From Bacteroidota bacterium (lineage in GTDB: Bacteria; Bacteroidota; Bacteroidia; Chitinophagales; Chitinophagaceae), in NCBI GenBank assembly GCA_013288745.1, contig JABDBG010000003.1:1207-65206 (forward strand): 64,000 nt of DNA. Reading direction: 5' to 3'. A model generated the notes under the pieces. The model ran no database searches and was not told the DNA's origin. It worked only from the letters and a program-made list of their open reading frames with translations. The position numbers were made by a program, and so were the translations under genes. This document shows, in pieces, positions 1-13,195 of the stretch (position 1 is the first letter of the stretch; each line of letters begins with the position of its first letter).

Positions 1-1127
1 TTGAACATGCTTGTCCGGGTGCGGGAGCTTGTGGTGGAATGTATACAGCTAACACCATGGCTGCTTCGATTGAAGCATTGGGTATGAGTTTACCTTATTC
101 ATCAAGCAACCCGGCTTTAAGTAAAGAAAAACAAGATGAATGTGAAGCCGTTGGTAAAGCAATAAAAATATTATTAGAAAAAGATATCAAACCAAAAGAT
201 ATCATGACAAAAAAAGCATTTGAAAATGCAATGACCGTTGTGATGGTTTTGGGTGGAAGCACCAATGCAGTATTGCACTTTATCGCGATAGCAAAAAGTG
301 TTGGTGTTCCTTTAACACAAGATGATTTCCAAAAGATCAGTGACAGGGTTCCGATGTTAGCGGATTTTAAACCATCGGGTAAATACTTAATGGAAGATTT
401 GCATAAGGTTGGTGGTGTTCCTTCAGTAATGAAATATTTATTGAGCAAAGGTTTATTACATGGTGATTGTTTGACCGTAACCGGCAAAACAGTTGCAGAA
501 AATTTGAAAGACATACCCAACTTAAACTTCGACGAACAAAAAATAGTGATGCCTTTGGAAACGCCGTTAAAAGCAACAGGGCATTTACAAATATTATACG
601 GAAACTTAGCAGAAGGCGGAAGCGTTGCAAAAATTACCGGTAAAGAAGGCGAACGTTTTGAAGGAACTGCAAGAGTATTCAACGGCGAAAAAGACCTGAT
701 CGCAGGAATACAAAGCGGTAAAGTTCATCCGGGTGATGTTGTAGTGATCAGGTACATTGGTCCTCGTGGTGCGCCGGGCATGCCTGAAATGTTGAAACCA
801 ACCGGCGCTATCATCGGAGCAGGTTTAGGTAAAACTGTTGCCTTGATCACAGATGGAAGGTTTAGTGGTGGAACGCACGGCTTCGTCGTCGGTCATATCA
901 CACCTGAAGCTTTCAACGGTGGTTTGATTGCTTTTGTAGAAGATAACGATATCATTGAAATTGATGCTGTAAATAATAAACTGGTATTAAAAGTTAGTGA
1001 AGAAATTATCGCCGAAAGAAAAAAGAGCTGGAAACAACCTGCTTTAAAAGCAACTAACGGCGTTCTATATAAATATGCTAAGCTGGTAAAAACAGCCGCA
1101 GAAGGGTGTGTTACGGATGAAGATTAA
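1..1127 (+). CDS. ilvD: Dihydroxy-acid dehydratase (5'-truncated by window edge)
   Basis: Frame is open from position 3 ([19 protein letters not shown]); motifs [30 protein letters not shown]. Confidence 0.97.
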   Translation, partial: EHACPGAGACGGMYTANTMAASIEALGMSLPYSSSNPALSKEKQDECEAVGKAIKILLEKDIKPKDIMTKKAFENAMTVVMVLGGSTNAVLHFIAIAKSVGVPLTQDDFQKISDRVPMLADFKPSGKYLMEDLHKVGGVPSVMKYLLSKGLLHGDCLTVTGKTVAENLKDIPNLNFDEQKIVMPLETPLKATGHLQILYGNLAEGGSVAKITGKEGERFEGTARVFNGEKDLIAGIQSGKVHPGDVVVIRYIGPRGAPGMPEMLKPTGAIIGAGLGKTVALITDGRFSGGTHGFVVGHITPEAFNGGLIAFVEDNDIIEIDAVNNKLVLKVSEEIIAERKKSWKQPALKATNGVLYKYAKLVKTAAEGCVTDED

Positions 1128-1156
1128 ATCTATCACTGAACATTAAAAAAGAAATT

Positions 1157-2956
1157 ATGAGTACTACAATTATTGAAAATAAAGATTTGAAGTCAGCTGT
1201 TAAAACAGATGCCGCAGGTAAAACATTACCATCAACTGATTTTCCTTTTAAAAAAGGACAGGTAGGTGAATTAACTGGTGCACAAGCTGTATTGGAAGCA
1301 TTCATCGCCGAAGGCGTTGACACAATATTTGGATATCCGGGTGGCGCTATCATGCCTATCTACGATGCTTTATACGATTACAACGATCATTTAAAACATA
1401 TTCTTGTTCGTCATGAACAAGGTGGTATACATGCTGGCCAGGGTTATGCACGTGCTTCGGGTAAAGTAGGCGTTGTGTTTGCAACAAGCGGACCGGGCGC
1501 AACAAATTTAGTTACGGGTTTAGCTGATGCGATGATCGATAGTACGCCATTGGTTTGTATCACAGGACAGGTATTTGCACATTTATTAGGTACGGATGCT
1601 TTCCAGGAAGTAGATGTAATTAATATCACTACACCGGTTACAAAATGGAACTACCAGGTTACTGATGCAACAGAAATTCCTGCTGTATTAGCGAAAGCGT
1701 TTTATATCGCAGAGACTGGTCGTCCGGGTCCTGTATTAATAGATATTACCAAGAATGCTCAGTTACAAAAATTCGATTACCAGGGATATAAAAAATGTGA
1801 ACATATCCGCAGCTATCGCCCAAAGCCGCTTGTTCGCAAAGAGTATGTTGAGCAGGCAGCGAAGCTGATTAATGAAGCAAAAAAACCATTTGTAATTTTT
1901 GGTCAGGGTGTAATATTGGGTAAAGCAGAAAAAGAATTTAAAGCCTTCATTGAAAAAGGTGGCTTGCCTGCCGCATGGACAATATTGGGTTTAAGTGCGT
2001 TAGAAACCGATCATCCGCAAAATGTTGGGATGCTGGGTATGCATGGTAATTACGGACCAAATGTTTTAACGAATGAATGTGATGTATTGATCGCAGTGGG
2101 TATGCGGTTCGATGATCGTGTTACGGGCCGTTTGGATAAATATGCTAAACAAGCACAGGTTATCCATTTAGATATCGATCCTGCGGAGATAGATAAAAAT
2201 GTAAAAGCAGCAGTACCTGTTTGGGGCGATTGTAAAGAAACATTGCCGATGCTGACTAAATTAATAGAATCAAAAAAACATACTGACTGGTTAAATAAAT
2301 TCCATGACTTCACTAAGAAAGAAGTGGAAGCTGTCATCCAGGATGAACTGAATCCTCCTGCAAGTGATAAGATGACGATGGGTGAAGTAATGAAATTTTT
2401 GAATGAGCTAACAAAAGGTGATGCCATCATTGTAACAGATGTTGGCCAGCACCAAATGGTAGCTTGCCGTTATGCAAAATTCAATGAAACAAAAAGCAAT
2501 ATCACATCTGGCGGAGCCGGTACAATGGGATTTGCATTACCGGCAGCGATCGGTGCCAAATATGGCGCTCCAAAAAGAACCGTAGTTGCGATCATCGGTG
2601 ATGGTGGTGTACAGATGACCATACAGGAATTAGGTACCATTATGCAATGTGAAGTGAATGTAAAAATATTGATACTGAATAATGAGTTCTTAGGAATGGT
2701 TCGCCAGTGGCAACAGTTATTTCATGATAAGCGTTATTCATTCGTTGATATCGCGAGCCCTGATTATGTAATGGTTGCAAAAGGATATAAAATACCAGGG
2801 CAAAAAGTAACCGAAAGAGCTAACCTGAGAGAAGCATTGAAAACAATGTTGGATCATGATGGTGCTTATTTGTTAGAAGTAATGGTTGGTAAAGAAAACA
2901 ATGTATTTCCGATGGTGCCACAAGGCTGTAGCGTTGCTGAAATAAGATTGAAATAA
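1157..2956 (+). CDS. ilvB: Acetolactate synthase large subunit
   Basis: IFGYPGGAIMP, RHEQ, TSGPGATN, ThDP motif GDGG...LNN; ilv operon context. Confidence 0.96.
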   Translation: MSTTIIENKDLKSAVKTDAAGKTLPSTDFPFKKGQVGELTGAQAVLEAFIAEGVDTIFGYPGGAIMPIYDALYDYNDHLKHILVRHEQGGIHAGQGYARASGKVGVVFATSGPGATNLVTGLADAMIDSTPLVCITGQVFAHLLGTDAFQEVDVINITTPVTKWNYQVTDATEIPAVLAKAFYIAETGRPGPVLIDITKNAQLQKFDYQGYKKCEHIRSYRPKPLVRKEYVEQAAKLINEAKKPFVIFGQGVILGKAEKEFKAFIEKGGLPAAWTILGLSALETDHPQNVGMLGMHGNYGPNVLTNECDVLIAVGMRFDDRVTGRLDKYAKQAQVIHLDIDPAEIDKNVKAAVPVWGDCKETLPMLTKLIESKKHTDWLNKFHDFTKKEVEAVIQDELNPPASDKMTMGEVMKFLNELTKGDAIIVTDVGQHQMVACRYAKFNETKSNITSGGAGTMGFALPAAIGAKYGAPKRTVVAIIGDGGVQMTIQELGTIMQCEVNVKILILNNEFLGMVRQWQQLFHDKRYSFVDIASPDYVMVAKGYKIPGQKVTERANLREALKTMLDHDGAYLLEVMVGKENNVFPMVPQGCSVAEIRLK

Positions 2957-2962
2957 TAATAG

Positions 2963-3421
2963 ATGGAAAAGAGTACAGAAATAATTAAAGAAACAAGGAT
3001 CCGGTTCCTGAACCTGATGCACGATCTGTCGATCGATGCATTGAATAAGGTGCCGTCTAATTTCAATAATAATATTATCTGGAATTTCGGCCATATTATC
3101 GCAACACAACAAGTGCTTTGTTACCAATTATCAAATGTGCACATGAAGTTGGGTACTGAATATATCCAACGATATGCAAAAGGAACCAAACCGCATGTAT
3201 CTGTATCACAGCAGGAAATAGATTTTTTGAAACAACACGCGTTGGATACAGTAGATGAATTAGAAACGGATTTCAGAAGTAATGTCTTTAATAATTTTCA
3301 ACCTTACACTACCGGTTTTGGTGTTAGGTTAAATGATATTACGGATGCAATAAAGTATGTGTCAACACATGAAACCCTTCATTTGGGTTATGCGATGGCG
3401 CTTAAAAAATTAGTACAATAA
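2963..3421 (+). CDS. DinB/YfiT-like four-helix-bundle protein
   Basis: 152 aa; NNIIWNFGH and HETLHLGY His motifs typical of DinB_2. Confidence 0.8.
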   Translation: MEKSTEIIKETRIRFLNLMHDLSIDALNKVPSNFNNNIIWNFGHIIATQQVLCYQLSNVHMKLGTEYIQRYAKGTKPHVSVSQQEIDFLKQHALDTVDELETDFRSNVFNNFQPYTTGFGVRLNDITDAIKYVSTHETLHLGYAMALKKLVQ

Positions 3422-3430
3422 ATAAAAATT

Positions 3431-4018
3431 ATGAAAAAGGAATTCACCATAACAGTGTATACGGAAAACCAGATCGGTTTACTGAACCGTATCGCTATTA
3501 TTTTTTCTCGCAGAAAAATTAATATCGATAGTTTAAATACATCTCCTTCAGAAATTGAAGGCATACACCGCTTTACTATTTTGGTAGTTGAAACCGAAGA
3601 AGTTGTAAGAAAGGTTTGTCGCCAGATTGAAAAACAAGTGGAAGTATTAAAAGCTTATTTCAATACCGAAGATGAAATTGTTTGGCAAGAAATGGCTTTG
3701 TACAAAGTATCAACAGATATGATCACCGAGAAAGTAAAAGTGGAAAGATTGTTACGTGAATGCGGCGCAAGAACCATCGCGATCAGAAAAGATTTTACCG
3801 TTTTTGAAACAACGGGGCATCGCGCAGAAACCGATAAGCTGTTGCAGGTTCTGGGCCAATATGGCTTAATTGAATTTGTACGCAGTGCAAGGATCGCGAT
3901 CATCAAAACAAGTTTGGGCTTCTACGAAAAATTAAAAGAGTTTGAAAAAGCAGCGCCTAGTGAAGACGTAAAAGAAAACGAATTTCTGAATAAGCAGGAT
4001 GAGGTTTTTACAATGTAA
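3431..4018 (+). CDS. ilvN: Acetolactate synthase small (regulatory) subunit
   Basis: ACT domain ENQIGLLNRIAIIFSRRKINIDSL; operon context. Confidence 0.93.
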   Translation: MKKEFTITVYTENQIGLLNRIAIIFSRRKINIDSLNTSPSEIEGIHRFTILVVETEEVVRKVCRQIEKQVEVLKAYFNTEDEIVWQEMALYKVSTDMITEKVKVERLLRECGARTIAIRKDFTVFETTGHRAETDKLLQVLGQYGLIEFVRSARIAIIKTSLGFYEKLKEFEKAAPSEDVKENEFLNKQDEVFTM

Positions 4019-4084
4019 AAAGTAAATAACAATTCAATAATAAATCAATTCAACAATTCTAATAATTCAAAACAACAACAAACA

Positions 4085-5569
4085 ATGGCCAATTATTTTA
4101 ACACCCTTCCCTTAAGAGAAAAACTTAACCAGTTAGGTGTATGTGAGTTTATGAACAGCAGCAACTTTTCAGACGGCGTAACTGCATTGAAAGGTAAAAA
4201 AATAGTAATCGTTGGTGCTGGTGCACAAGGATTAAATCAGGGATTAAATTTAAGAGATTCTGGTCTTGATGTATCTTATACATTACGTAAAGAAGCAATT
4301 GCTGAAAAACGTCAATCTTGGAAAAACGCAACTGAGAACGGTTTTAAAGTAGGTACGTATGAAGAATTAATTCCTACTGCAGACTTAGTGATCAACCTCA
4401 CTCCTGATAAACAACATACAAGTGTTATAACAGCCATTATGCCGTTGATAAAGAAAGGCGCCGTATTGTCTTATTCTCATGGTTTTAATATCGTTGAAGA
4501 AGGTATGCAGATCCGTAAAGATATTACTGTTATCATGGTGGCACCTAAATGTCCGGGGTCTGAAGTTCGTGCGGAATATGTACGTGGCTTTGGTGTTCCA
4601 ACATTGATCGCGGTACATCCTGAAAATGATCCTGAACAAAAAGGCTGGATGTGGGCAAAAGCCTATGCCGCTGGTACAGGCGGTCATAGAGCGGGTGTTT
4701 TAAAATCTTCTTTTGTTGCAGAAGTTAAATCTGATCTGATGGGCGAACAAACTATTCTTTGTGGTTTGTTACAAACAGGTTCTATTCTTTGCTTCAACAA
4801 AATGGTGGAAAAACAAATAGATAAAGGGTATGCGTCTAAATTGATTCAATACGGTTGGGAAGTAATTACCGAAGCGTTAAAGCAAGGTGGTATCACTGCT
4901 ATGTTAGATAGATTATCTAATCCTGCTAAAATAAAAGCATTTGAATTGGCCGATGAATTAAAAGTGATCATGCGTCCATTGTTCCAAAAACATCAGGATG
5001 ATATCATGAGCGGCGAATTCTCTAAAACAATGATGGCGGATTGGGCAAATGATGATAAGAACTTATTGAAATGGAGAGCGGAAACTGGTGAAACAGCTTT
5101 TGAAAAAACACCTGCTGGAGATGTAAAAATTTCTGAACAGGAATTTTTCGATAATGGTTTATTAATGGTGGCAATGGTTAGAGCCGGTGTAGAACTAGCT
5201 TTTGAAACAATGGTTGATGCTGGTATCAAAGCAGAATCTGCTTATTACGAATCATTACACGAAACACCATTGATCGCTAACACGATCGCCCGTAAAAAGT
5301 TATTCGAAATGAACCGCGTTATCTCTGATACAGCAGAATACGGTTGTTATTTATTTAACCACGCATGTGTTCCTTTATTAGCTGAATTTATGAAGACAGT
5401 TGAAACTGATATCATCGGTAAAAATTATAACGCAGGGAAAGACAACGGCGTAAATAACAGAGAGATCATCATCGTAAACGAAAAATTACGCGGTCATCAA
5501 ATTGAAAAAGTTGGTGCTGTATTAAGAAAGGCAATGACCGACATGAAATCTATCAGCACAGTAGCATAA
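4085..5569 (+). CDS. ilvC: Ketol-acid reductoisomerase (long, class II)
   Basis: [36 protein letters not shown]; 494 aa. Confidence 0.97.
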   Translation: MANYFNTLPLREKLNQLGVCEFMNSSNFSDGVTALKGKKIVIVGAGAQGLNQGLNLRDSGLDVSYTLRKEAIAEKRQSWKNATENGFKVGTYEELIPTADLVINLTPDKQHTSVITAIMPLIKKGAVLSYSHGFNIVEEGMQIRKDITVIMVAPKCPGSEVRAEYVRGFGVPTLIAVHPENDPEQKGWMWAKAYAAGTGGHRAGVLKSSFVAEVKSDLMGEQTILCGLLQTGSILCFNKMVEKQIDKGYASKLIQYGWEVITEALKQGGITAMLDRLSNPAKIKAFELADELKVIMRPLFQKHQDDIMSGEFSKTMMADWANDDKNLLKWRAETGETAFEKTPAGDVKISEQEFFDNGLLMVAMVRAGVELAFETMVDAGIKAESAYYESLHETPLIANTIARKKLFEMNRVISDTAEYGCYLFNHACVPLLAEFMKTVETDIIGKNYNAGKDNGVNNREIIIVNEKLRGHQIEKVGAVLRKAMTDMKSISTVA

Positions 5570-5576
5570 AATAAAA

Positions 5577-6833
5577 ATGGACACAACAACACATACAACA
5601 CAAATGTTGGATTTTAAAGCAGCAGCGGCAAGATTGAAGAACGTGGCTACAAGAACGCCACTGGAATTCAGTCATAGCTTGTCGAGAAAATACCAATGTA
5701 ATGTGTATTTAAAAAGAGAAGACCTTCAGGTGGTACGCTCGTATAAATTACGCGGCGCTTATAACCTGATGAGTAGTCTGCCGCAGGATCAATTGCAACG
5801 TGGTGTTGTATGTGCAAGTGCCGGTAACCATGCACAGGGTTTCGCTTATAGCTGTAAAAAATTAAATGTAAAAGGTGTAGTGTTTATGCCGGTGATAACG
5901 CCAAATCAAAAAATCACACAGACAAAAATGTTTGGTGAGCAATTCATCGAAATAAAATTGGTCGGTGATACATTTGATGATTGCGCGATCGCCGCAAAAC
6001 AATATACGGCTGAACATAGTATGACCTTTATCCATCCTTTTGATGATTATAAGATCATCGAAGGACAAGGAACGGTAGGTGTTGAAATATTAGAAGATCA
6101 GCCACAAATAGATTATTTGTTTTTGCCAATTGGCGGAGGAGGTTTAGCTGCAGGTGTCGGTTCTTATTTCAAAACATTTTCACCACAAACAAAAATAATT
6201 GGTGTTGAACCAGAAGGCGCTCCATCCATGTTAGCAGCATTTAAAGCAGGCCATCCTGTTACATTAGAAACTGTTGACCGTTTTGTTGATGGTGCCTCTG
6301 TAAAAAGAGTGGGTGAATTAACGTATGCTATTTGCAAAGATGTGCTAACTGAAGTTAAATTGGTTGCAGAAGGAAAGATCTGTACAACGATCTTGAAATT
6401 ATACAATGAAGATGCTATCGTTGCTGAGCCCGCAGGTGCTTTGTCGATCGCAGTGCTGAATGATTATGCAGACCAGATAAAAGATAAAACGGTAGTCTGC
6501 GTTTTAAGCGGCGGCAATAATGACATTGACAGAATGCAGGAAATAAAAGAAAGGTCTTTACAATATGAAGGCTTAAAACATTACTTCTTAATTCGCTTTG
6601 CACAACGTCCGGGTGCGTTGAAAGAGTTTGTAAATCATGTACTTGGACCAAACGATGATATCACCCGTTTTGAGTACATGCAAAAGCATAATAAAGAAAC
6701 AGGACCTGCATTGGTAGGAATTGAATTAAAATCTAAAGAAGATTATGAAGTTTTGCTTCAAAATCTAAATAAATACCAAATTAATTACACAGCGCTTAGT
6801 CAAAATGACAATGTTTTTGGGTATCTGGTTTAG
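5577..6833 (+). CDS. ilvA: Threonine dehydratase
   Basis: KREDLQVVRSYKLRGA (PLP Lys), ASAGNHAQG, C-terminal regulatory domain QRPGAL. Confidence 0.96.
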   Translation: MDTTTHTTQMLDFKAAAARLKNVATRTPLEFSHSLSRKYQCNVYLKREDLQVVRSYKLRGAYNLMSSLPQDQLQRGVVCASAGNHAQGFAYSCKKLNVKGVVFMPVITPNQKITQTKMFGEQFIEIKLVGDTFDDCAIAAKQYTAEHSMTFIHPFDDYKIIEGQGTVGVEILEDQPQIDYLFLPIGGGGLAAGVGSYFKTFSPQTKIIGVEPEGAPSMLAAFKAGHPVTLETVDRFVDGASVKRVGELTYAICKDVLTEVKLVAEGKICTTILKLYNEDAIVAEPAGALSIAVLNDYADQIKDKTVVCVLSGGNNDIDRMQEIKERSLQYEGLKHYFLIRFAQRPGALKEFVNHVLGPNDDITRFEYMQKHNKETGPALVGIELKSKEDYEVLLQNLNKYQINYTALSQNDNVFGYLV

Positions 6834-6878
6834 TGTGGAGTTTTTTCTACAGCTATTGGATTCTTGACAAATTTTAAA

Positions 6879-6886
6879 TAAATTTG
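6879..6886 (+). promoter_or_regulatory. Bacteroidota -7 promoter element upstream of gltB
   Basis: TAAATTTG matches TAnnTTTG, about 70 bp before the start codon. Confidence 0.5.
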
Positions 6887-6957
6887 CTTGATTGTCTTTT
6901 CACTACGGTTGCTGCTAAACGAATAATTTTTTCATCATTATTGATTAAATAATAATT

Positions 6958-9900
6958 ATGGTTAGTAATAGTAACACCGGTTTGTATTCCCCCGACTTTG
7001 AACATGATTCTTGTGGTATTGGCTTCGTTGCACATATCAAAGGGAATAAGTCGCACCAGAACATTTCTGATGCATTAACTATCCTGGAAAACATGGAGCA
7101 CCGCGGTGCATGTGGTTGTGAGAAGAACTCAGGTGATGGTGCCGGTATATTCATTCAAATTCCACACGAATTTTTCTTTGACGAAGGTGTTAGGCTTGGT
7201 TTTCATTTACCGGAATGCGGTAAATATGGTGTAGGCGTTGTATTCTTTCCAAAAGATCAACAATTAATAAACGAATGCAAAGAGATCTTTTACAGAACTG
7301 CTGAAAAATTAGGCATGGAAGTATTGGGTTATCGCCCTGTGCCTGTAAATAAAGATGGCATCGGCCATACAGCTTTATCCGTAGAGCCTGTTATGGAACA
7401 TGTGTTTGTCGCTTGTCCGGATAATATGTCTCCCGAAGTCTTCGAACGCAAATTATTTGTGTTACGCAATGCGGCTAGCCATATCATAACTAATACTACT
7501 AAAAAAGATGAGATAGGGTTTTATATCGCTTCTTTATCACATAAAACTTTGGTTTATAAGGGCCAGTTAATGAGTACGCAGGTGCGTGGTTATTTTTCTG
7601 ATCTAACTAACAAAAGAGTTGTCTCTGCCTTTGGTTTGGTGCATTCTCGTTTTGCTACCAATACTTTTCCTTCTTGGAAATTGGCGCAGCCGTTCCGTTA
7701 TATCGCACACAATGGAGAGATCAATACTTTACAAGGAAATTTAAACTGGTTAAAAGCTGGTGAAAAAGGTTTTACTTCTCCATTCTTTTCTAAAGAAGAA
7801 ATGGAAATGTTATTACCGATCGTTTCAGGCAAACAATCCGATTCTGCTTGTTTAGATAATACCGTTGAATTATTAACCATGACGGGCCGTTCATTACCAC
7901 ATGTAATGATGATGTTGATTCCTGAAGCATGGGATGGTGATGATAAAATGGACCCTGTTAAAAAAGCATTTTACGAATACCATGCTTCTATCATGGAACC
8001 TTGGGATGGACCGGCTTCTATCTCTTTTACAGATGGAAAAATTATCGGTGCTACGCTTGATAGAAATGGTTTGCGTCCGTCAAGATATTGTGTTACCAAA
8101 GATGACAGAGTGATCATGGCTTCTGAAAGTGGCGCATTACCAATCGATCCTGCACTAGTAAAAGAAAATGGCCGTTTACAACCGGGCAAAATGTTCGTGG
8201 TTGATATGGAACAAGGTAGAATTATCAGCGATGAAGAATTAAAGAAAACGATCTGTTCGCAACAACCTTACGGCGACTGGTTAAATAAATATAAAATACG
8301 TTTAGAAGAATTACCTGAGCCTCGTATTATGTTTACTCATTTGGAACATGATCAGATATTTAAATATCAAAAAGCTTTCGGTTATTCAACTGAAGATTTA
8401 GATACATTAATTGCACCAATGGCATTGGAAGGCAAAGAACCAATTGGTTCAATGGGCACCGATGTTCCTTTGGCAATATTGAGCGATCAGCCGCAGCATT
8501 TAAGTTCTTATTTCAAACAATTGTTTGCTCAGGTAACCAACCCTCCTATCGATCCTATTCGTGAAAGATTGGTGATGTCTCTGGCAACCTTCATGGGCAA
8601 TAACGCCAATATATTATTGGAAGATCCTTTAAGCTGTCATACTGTAGCATTAAAACATCCTGTGCTATCTAATTACGAATTAGAAAAGATCAGGAGTATT
8701 GACACCGGTGTATTCCAGGCCAAGACTTTACAGATGTACTACAGAGCAGATGGCAAACCTGATTCTTTGCAAAAAGGATTAGAAAGAATTTGTCGTTATG
8801 CAGTAGATGCTGTTGAAGACGGATTTAAAGTAATTGTATTAACAGATAGAGCGATCGATTCTGAACATGCTCCAATTCCATCTTTATTAGCAACAGCTGC
8901 AATTCATCATCACCTGATCCGTAAAGGTGTTCGCGGGCACGTTGGAATTTTAGTAGAAGCCGGCGACGTTTGGGAAGTACATCACTTCGCATGTTTGTTA
9001 GGCTTTGGCGCAACAGCTATCAATCCTTATTTAGCATTGTCTACTATCCGCGATATGAAATTGACAGGTAGATTAGAAACCGACCTGGATGTTGATTATC
9101 TAAAGAAAAATTATATCAAAGCCGTGAATGATGGCTTGTTGAAAGTATTCTCAAAAATGGGTATCTCAACATTGCAATCATACCAGGGTGCACAAATATT
9201 TGAGATCATCGGTTTAAATAAAACCGTGGTTGATAAATATTTCACCGGCGCTGTTTCCCGCATAGAAGGAATGGGCCTTGATGAAATAGCAAAAGAAAAT
9301 TTAGCGAAACATAGTTTTGCATTCAGCAAAAAAGATATACCGGTTGATCGTTTACCTGTTGGTGGATTGTATCAATGGAAACGTAAAGGTGAAGCGCATT
9401 TGTTTAACCCGCAAACGATCCATTTATTACAATATTCAACAAGACTGAATGATTATCCAACATTTAAAAAATACTCTAAGCTGGTAAATGATCAGGGCGA
9501 AAAAGCTATGACATTAAGAAGCTTGTTCCAGTTCAAACACAACCGCACACCAATTCCGATCGAAGAGGTTGAACCGGCAGAAAATATTTACAAACGTTTT
9601 GCTACAGGTGCCATGAGCTTTGGCTCTATCTCGCATGAGGCACACAGTACATTGGCAGTTGCCATGAACCGTCTTGGCGGCAAGAGCAATACTGGTGAAG
9701 GTGGTGAAGATGAGATACGTTTTGAGAAAATGGCGAACGGTGATTCAATGCGCAGTGCCATCAAACAAGTTGCTTCTGCAAGGTTTGGTGTGACAAGTTA
9801 TTACCTGACTGAAGCAGATGAAATACAGATCAAAATGGCGCAGGGCGCTAAACCGGGTGAAGGCGGTCAGCTTCCCGGACATAAAGTGGATGACTGGATA

Positions 9901-11478
9901 GGAAAAACAAGACATGCAACACCTGGTGTAGGTTTGATCTCTCCTCCTCCGCATCATGATATTTATTCTATTGAAGATCTGGCTCAATTGATATTCGATT
10001 TAAAAAATGCCAATCGCGCAGCAAGAATAAATGTTAAGCTTGTTTCTAAAGCAGGTGTTGGAACCATTGCAGCTGGTGTTGCAAAAGCAAAAGCAGATGT
10101 TGTATTAGTAGCTGGTTTTGATGGCGGTACAGGTGCATCTCCTATCAGCTCTATCAAACACGCAGGCTTACCATGGGAACTTGGTCTGGCTGAAGCTCAA
10201 CAGACCTTAGTAAAAAATGGTTTACGCAGCCGTGTTGTTTTACAAACAGACGGACAATTAAAAACAGGACGTGATATCGCGATAGCAACTTTATTAGGCG
10301 CTGAAGAATGGGGCGTTGCAACAGCAGCATTGGTTGTTGAAGGTTGTATCATGATGCGTAAATGTCACCTGAATACTTGTCCGGTTGGTGTAGCAACACA
10401 AGACCCTGAATTGCGTGCACGCTTCTCCGGCAACCCTGATCATGTAGTGAATCTATTTAAATTCTTGACAGAAGAATTAAGAGAGATCATGGCTGAATTA
10501 GGTTTCAGAACAATCAATGAAATGGTTGGACAAGCAGATATATTAGAAATGAGAGAGAATATCACTCATTGGAAATATAAAAAATTAGATCTTTCTCCGG
10601 TATTATACAGAGATCCTGCAGAACCAAGCTGTTCTATTTATAACACAGAGCTGCAAGATCATGAAATGGAAAAAGTATTGGATTGGAAATTATTGACTGC
10701 AGCAAAACCGGCATTGGATAGCGGACTAAAAGTAAAAGCATCTTTTGATGTAATTAATTTAGATAGAACTATCGGTACGATCTTATCGAATGAAATATCT
10801 AAAAAATACAAAGGCGCAGGTTTACCAGATGATACGATCCATTTAAAATTAAAAGGTACAGCCGGACAAAGCTTTGGCGCTTTCAACACAAAAGGTGTAA
10901 CACTTGAATTAGAAGGTGATGCCAACGATTATTTTGGTAAAGGCTTAAGCGGCGCTAAATTAATTGTGTATCCATCTCACAACGCAACATTTGTTCCTGA
11001 AGATAATATCATCATCGGTAACGTAGCATTCTATGGCGCTACCTCCGGTGAATCCTATATCAGAGGTAAAGCAGGTGAACGTTTTGCAGTGCGTAACTCA
11101 GGCGCTACAGCGGTAGTAGAAGGCGTTGGTGATCACGGTTGCGAATACATGACTGGTGGTAAAGTAGTAATACTCGGCACAACGGGCAGAAACTTCGCTG
11201 CGGGTATGAGCGGTGGTATCGCTTACATCTACGATACAAAAGGAAACTTTGAAACCTTGTGCAATAAAGAAATGGTTGACCTTGATCCGATCGGTGATGA
11301 TGATAAAAATGAGTTGTATGAGTTGATCAACAATCATTATAACTTCACCAAGAGTACGGTGGCGAAATTCGTATTAGATGATTTCGAAAATCAGCTAAAG
11401 AATTTTATCAAAGTATTCCCTAAGGATTACAAAAAAGTTTTACAAACAAAAAAGACTGCCGCAACTAGCGCAAAATAA
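6958..11478 (+). CDS. gltB: Glutamate synthase large subunit
   Basis: HDSCGIG (catalytic Cys), [45 protein letters not shown]. Confidence 0.98.
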   Translation: MVSNSNTGLYSPDFEHDSCGIGFVAHIKGNKSHQNISDALTILENMEHRGACGCEKNSGDGAGIFIQIPHEFFFDEGVRLGFHLPECGKYGVGVVFFPKDQQLINECKEIFYRTAEKLGMEVLGYRPVPVNKDGIGHTALSVEPVMEHVFVACPDNMSPEVFERKLFVLRNAASHIITNTTKKDEIGFYIASLSHKTLVYKGQLMSTQVRGYFSDLTNKRVVSAFGLVHSRFATNTFPSWKLAQPFRYIAHNGEINTLQGNLNWLKAGEKGFTSPFFSKEEMEMLLPIVSGKQSDSACLDNTVELLTMTGRSLPHVMMMLIPEAWDGDDKMDPVKKAFYEYHASIMEPWDGPASISFTDGKIIGATLDRNGLRPSRYCVTKDDRVIMASESGALPIDPALVKENGRLQPGKMFVVDMEQGRIISDEELKKTICSQQPYGDWLNKYKIRLEELPEPRIMFTHLEHDQIFKYQKAFGYSTEDLDTLIAPMALEGKEPIGSMGTDVPLAILSDQPQHLSSYFKQLFAQVTNPPIDPIRERLVMSLATFMGNNANILLEDPLSCHTVALKHPVLSNYELEKIRSIDTGVFQAKTLQMYYRADGKPDSLQKGLERICRYAVDAVEDGFKVIVLTDRAIDSEHAPIPSLLATAAIHHHLIRKGVRGHVGILVEAGDVWEVHHFACLLGFGATAINPYLALSTIRDMKLTGRLETDLDVDYLKKNYIKAVNDGLLKVFSKMGISTLQSYQGAQIFEIIGLNKTVVDKYFTGAVSRIEGMGLDEIAKENLAKHSFAFSKKDIPVDRLPVGGLYQWKRKGEAHLFNPQTIHLLQYSTRLNDYPTFKKYSKLVNDQGEKAMTLRSLFQFKHNRTPIPIEEVEPAENIYKRFATGAMSFGSISHEAHSTLAVAMNRLGGKSNTGEGGEDEIRFEKMANGDSMRSAIKQVASARFGVTSYYLTEADEIQIKMAQGAKPGEGGQLPGHKVDDWIGKTRHATPGVGLISPPPHHDIYSIEDLAQLIFDLKNANRAARINVKLVSKAGVGTIAAGVAKAKADVVLVAGFDGGTGASPISSIKHAGLPWELGLAEAQQTLVKNGLRSRVVLQTDGQLKTGRDIAIATLLGAEEWGVATAALVVEGCIMMRKCHLNTCPVGVATQDPELRARFSGNPDHVVNLFKFLTEELREIMAELGFRTINEMVGQADILEMRENITHWKYKKLDLSPVLYRDPAEPSCSIYNTELQDHEMEKVLDWKLLTAAKPALDSGLKVKASFDVINLDRTIGTILSNEISKKYKGAGLPDDTIHLKLKGTAGQSFGAFNTKGVTLELEGDANDYFGKGLSGAKLIVYPSHNATFVPEDNIIIGNVAFYGATSGESYIRGKAGERFAVRNSGATAVVEGVGDHGCEYMTGGKVVILGTTGRNFAAGMSGGIAYIYDTKGNFETLCNKEMVDLDPIGDDDKNELYELINNHYNFTKSTVAKFVLDDFENQLKNFIKVFPKDYKKVLQTKKTAATSAK

Positions 11479-11482
11479 AATA

Positions 11483-11551
11483 GAACACAGATTGTCATGA
11501 TCGTCATGAAAAGATCATGATGGATCATAAATATCTTGATAATCTGCGTTC
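11483..11551. repeat. Intergenic hairpin with internal TCATGA tandem units
   Basis: GAACACAGATTGTCATGAT (11483-11501) is an inverted repeat of ATCTTGATAATCTGCGTTC (11533-11551), 16/19 matches. Confidence 0.75.
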
Positions 11552-11584
11552 CATCAAAAACCAAAGAACTAAAAAAGAATAAAG

Positions 11585-13060
11585 ATGGGTAAACCAACAG
11601 GCTTTTTAGAATTCACAAGAGAGTTACCAACCAAGCGTTCGGTAGAAGAAAGACGCAATGATTACGGCGAATTCGTAAATCGTTTTACAGACGAAAAATT
11701 AAATCAGCAATCTGCAAGATGCATGGATTGTGGTGTTCCTTTTTGTCATAGTGGTTGTCCGTTAGGAAATGTGATACCTGAATTCAACGATGCAGTCTAC
11801 CGCAAAAGCTGGAAAGAAGCATACGAGATATTAGATTCAACTAATAATTTTCCTGAATTCACCGGAAGAATTTGTCCTGCACCTTGCGAAACAGCATGCG
11901 TACTAGGTATCAACCAACCGGCAATCACCATCGAAGAAATTGAAAGGCATATTATTGAAATAGCTTTTGATAAAGGTTTTGTTCAGCCAAAAAAACCGGC
12001 CATCCGTACAGGTAAAAGAGTAGCAGTGATAGGATCAGGCCCTGCAGGTTTAGCAGCAGCAACACAATTAAATTACGCGGGCCACTTGGTAACCGTATTT
12101 GAAAGAGATGATGCACCGGGAGGTTTATTACGCTACGGCATCCCTGATTTCAAATTAGAAAAATGGGTGATCGACAGAAGAGTAAAATTAATGGAAGAAG
12201 AAGGTATCACTTTCAAATGCAATTCAAACGTTGGCGTTAACGTTAGTATCAGCGATATATCACGTGAATTTCACGCGATCGTGCTAGCGGGTGGCTCTAC
12301 TATTCCAAGAAATTTAGGTATTCCGGGTAGAGACCTAAAAGGTGTTTACTATGCAATGGAATTCTTAAAACAACAAAATAAAAGAGTAGCTAACAGACCT
12401 ATTGAAGAAGAAGATATCTGGGCAACCGGTAAAAATGTAGTAGTAATTGGTGGTGGTGATACAGGTAGTGATTGCGTTGGTACTTCTAACCGTCATAAAG
12501 CAAATACTGTAACGCAATTTGAATTATTACCGAAGCCTCCCGCAGAACGTATCATGCAAATGCCTTGGCCTACTTATCCTATGTTATTAAAAACAACTTC
12601 ATCTCACGAGGAAGGTGTTGAACGTAGCTGGGCTGTAGCAACAAAAGAATTTATCGGTGATGAGAACGGTAATTTAAAAGCGATCAAATTAGTTGATCTG
12701 GAATGGACAATGGTTGATGGCAGGGCCGCTAAATTTGAAGAAGTAAAAGGAAGCGAAAGAGATATCCCATGCGAATTAGCTTTATTAGCAATGGGCTTTT
12801 TACACCCGCAACACCAGGGATTGATCGAACAATTAGAAATAGAATTAGACGAACGTGGAAACGTAAGGGCTCCTGAAAAGAGCTATCAGACAAGTATCCC
12901 TAAAGTATTTGCTGCGGGTGATATGCGCCGCGGACAATCATTGGTTGTATGGGCAATTAAAGAAGGCCGTGATTGTGCCCAAAAGGTAGATGAGTTCCTT
13001 GTAGGCAAATCATTGCTAGAAACAGCTGATGGAAACGCAATTGCCCGTTACCTAGTATAA
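11585..13060 (+). CDS. gltD: Glutamate synthase small subunit
   Basis: [35 protein letters not shown]. Confidence 0.98.
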   Translation: MGKPTGFLEFTRELPTKRSVEERRNDYGEFVNRFTDEKLNQQSARCMDCGVPFCHSGCPLGNVIPEFNDAVYRKSWKEAYEILDSTNNFPEFTGRICPAPCETACVLGINQPAITIEEIERHIIEIAFDKGFVQPKKPAIRTGKRVAVIGSGPAGLAAATQLNYAGHLVTVFERDDAPGGLLRYGIPDFKLEKWVIDRRVKLMEEEGITFKCNSNVGVNVSISDISREFHAIVLAGGSTIPRNLGIPGRDLKGVYYAMEFLKQQNKRVANRPIEEEDIWATGKNVVVIGGGDTGSDCVGTSNRHKANTVTQFELLPKPPAERIMQMPWPTYPMLLKTTSSHEEGVERSWAVATKEFIGDENGNLKAIKLVDLEWTMVDGRAAKFEEVKGSERDIPCELALLAMGFLHPQHQGLIEQLEIELDERGNVRAPEKSYQTSIPKVFAAGDMRRGQSLVVWAIKEGRDCAQKVDEFLVGKSLLETADGNAIARYLV

Positions 13061-13083
13061 TTCAATAAATACTTTTTAATACG

Positions 13084-13110
13084 ATCCCACCAAAATAGGT
13101 GGGATTTTTT
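13084..13110 (+). terminator. Rho-independent terminator after gltD
   Basis: ATCCCACC-aaaata-GGTGGGAT followed by a T run. Confidence 0.85.
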
Positions 13111-13195
13111 ATTTTCATGCGTTTGTTGAAATATTGAGGCATTTCTTATCTTTAGTAAATCATCAAATACCTTAACGACGCTTAAAATAAAAAAT

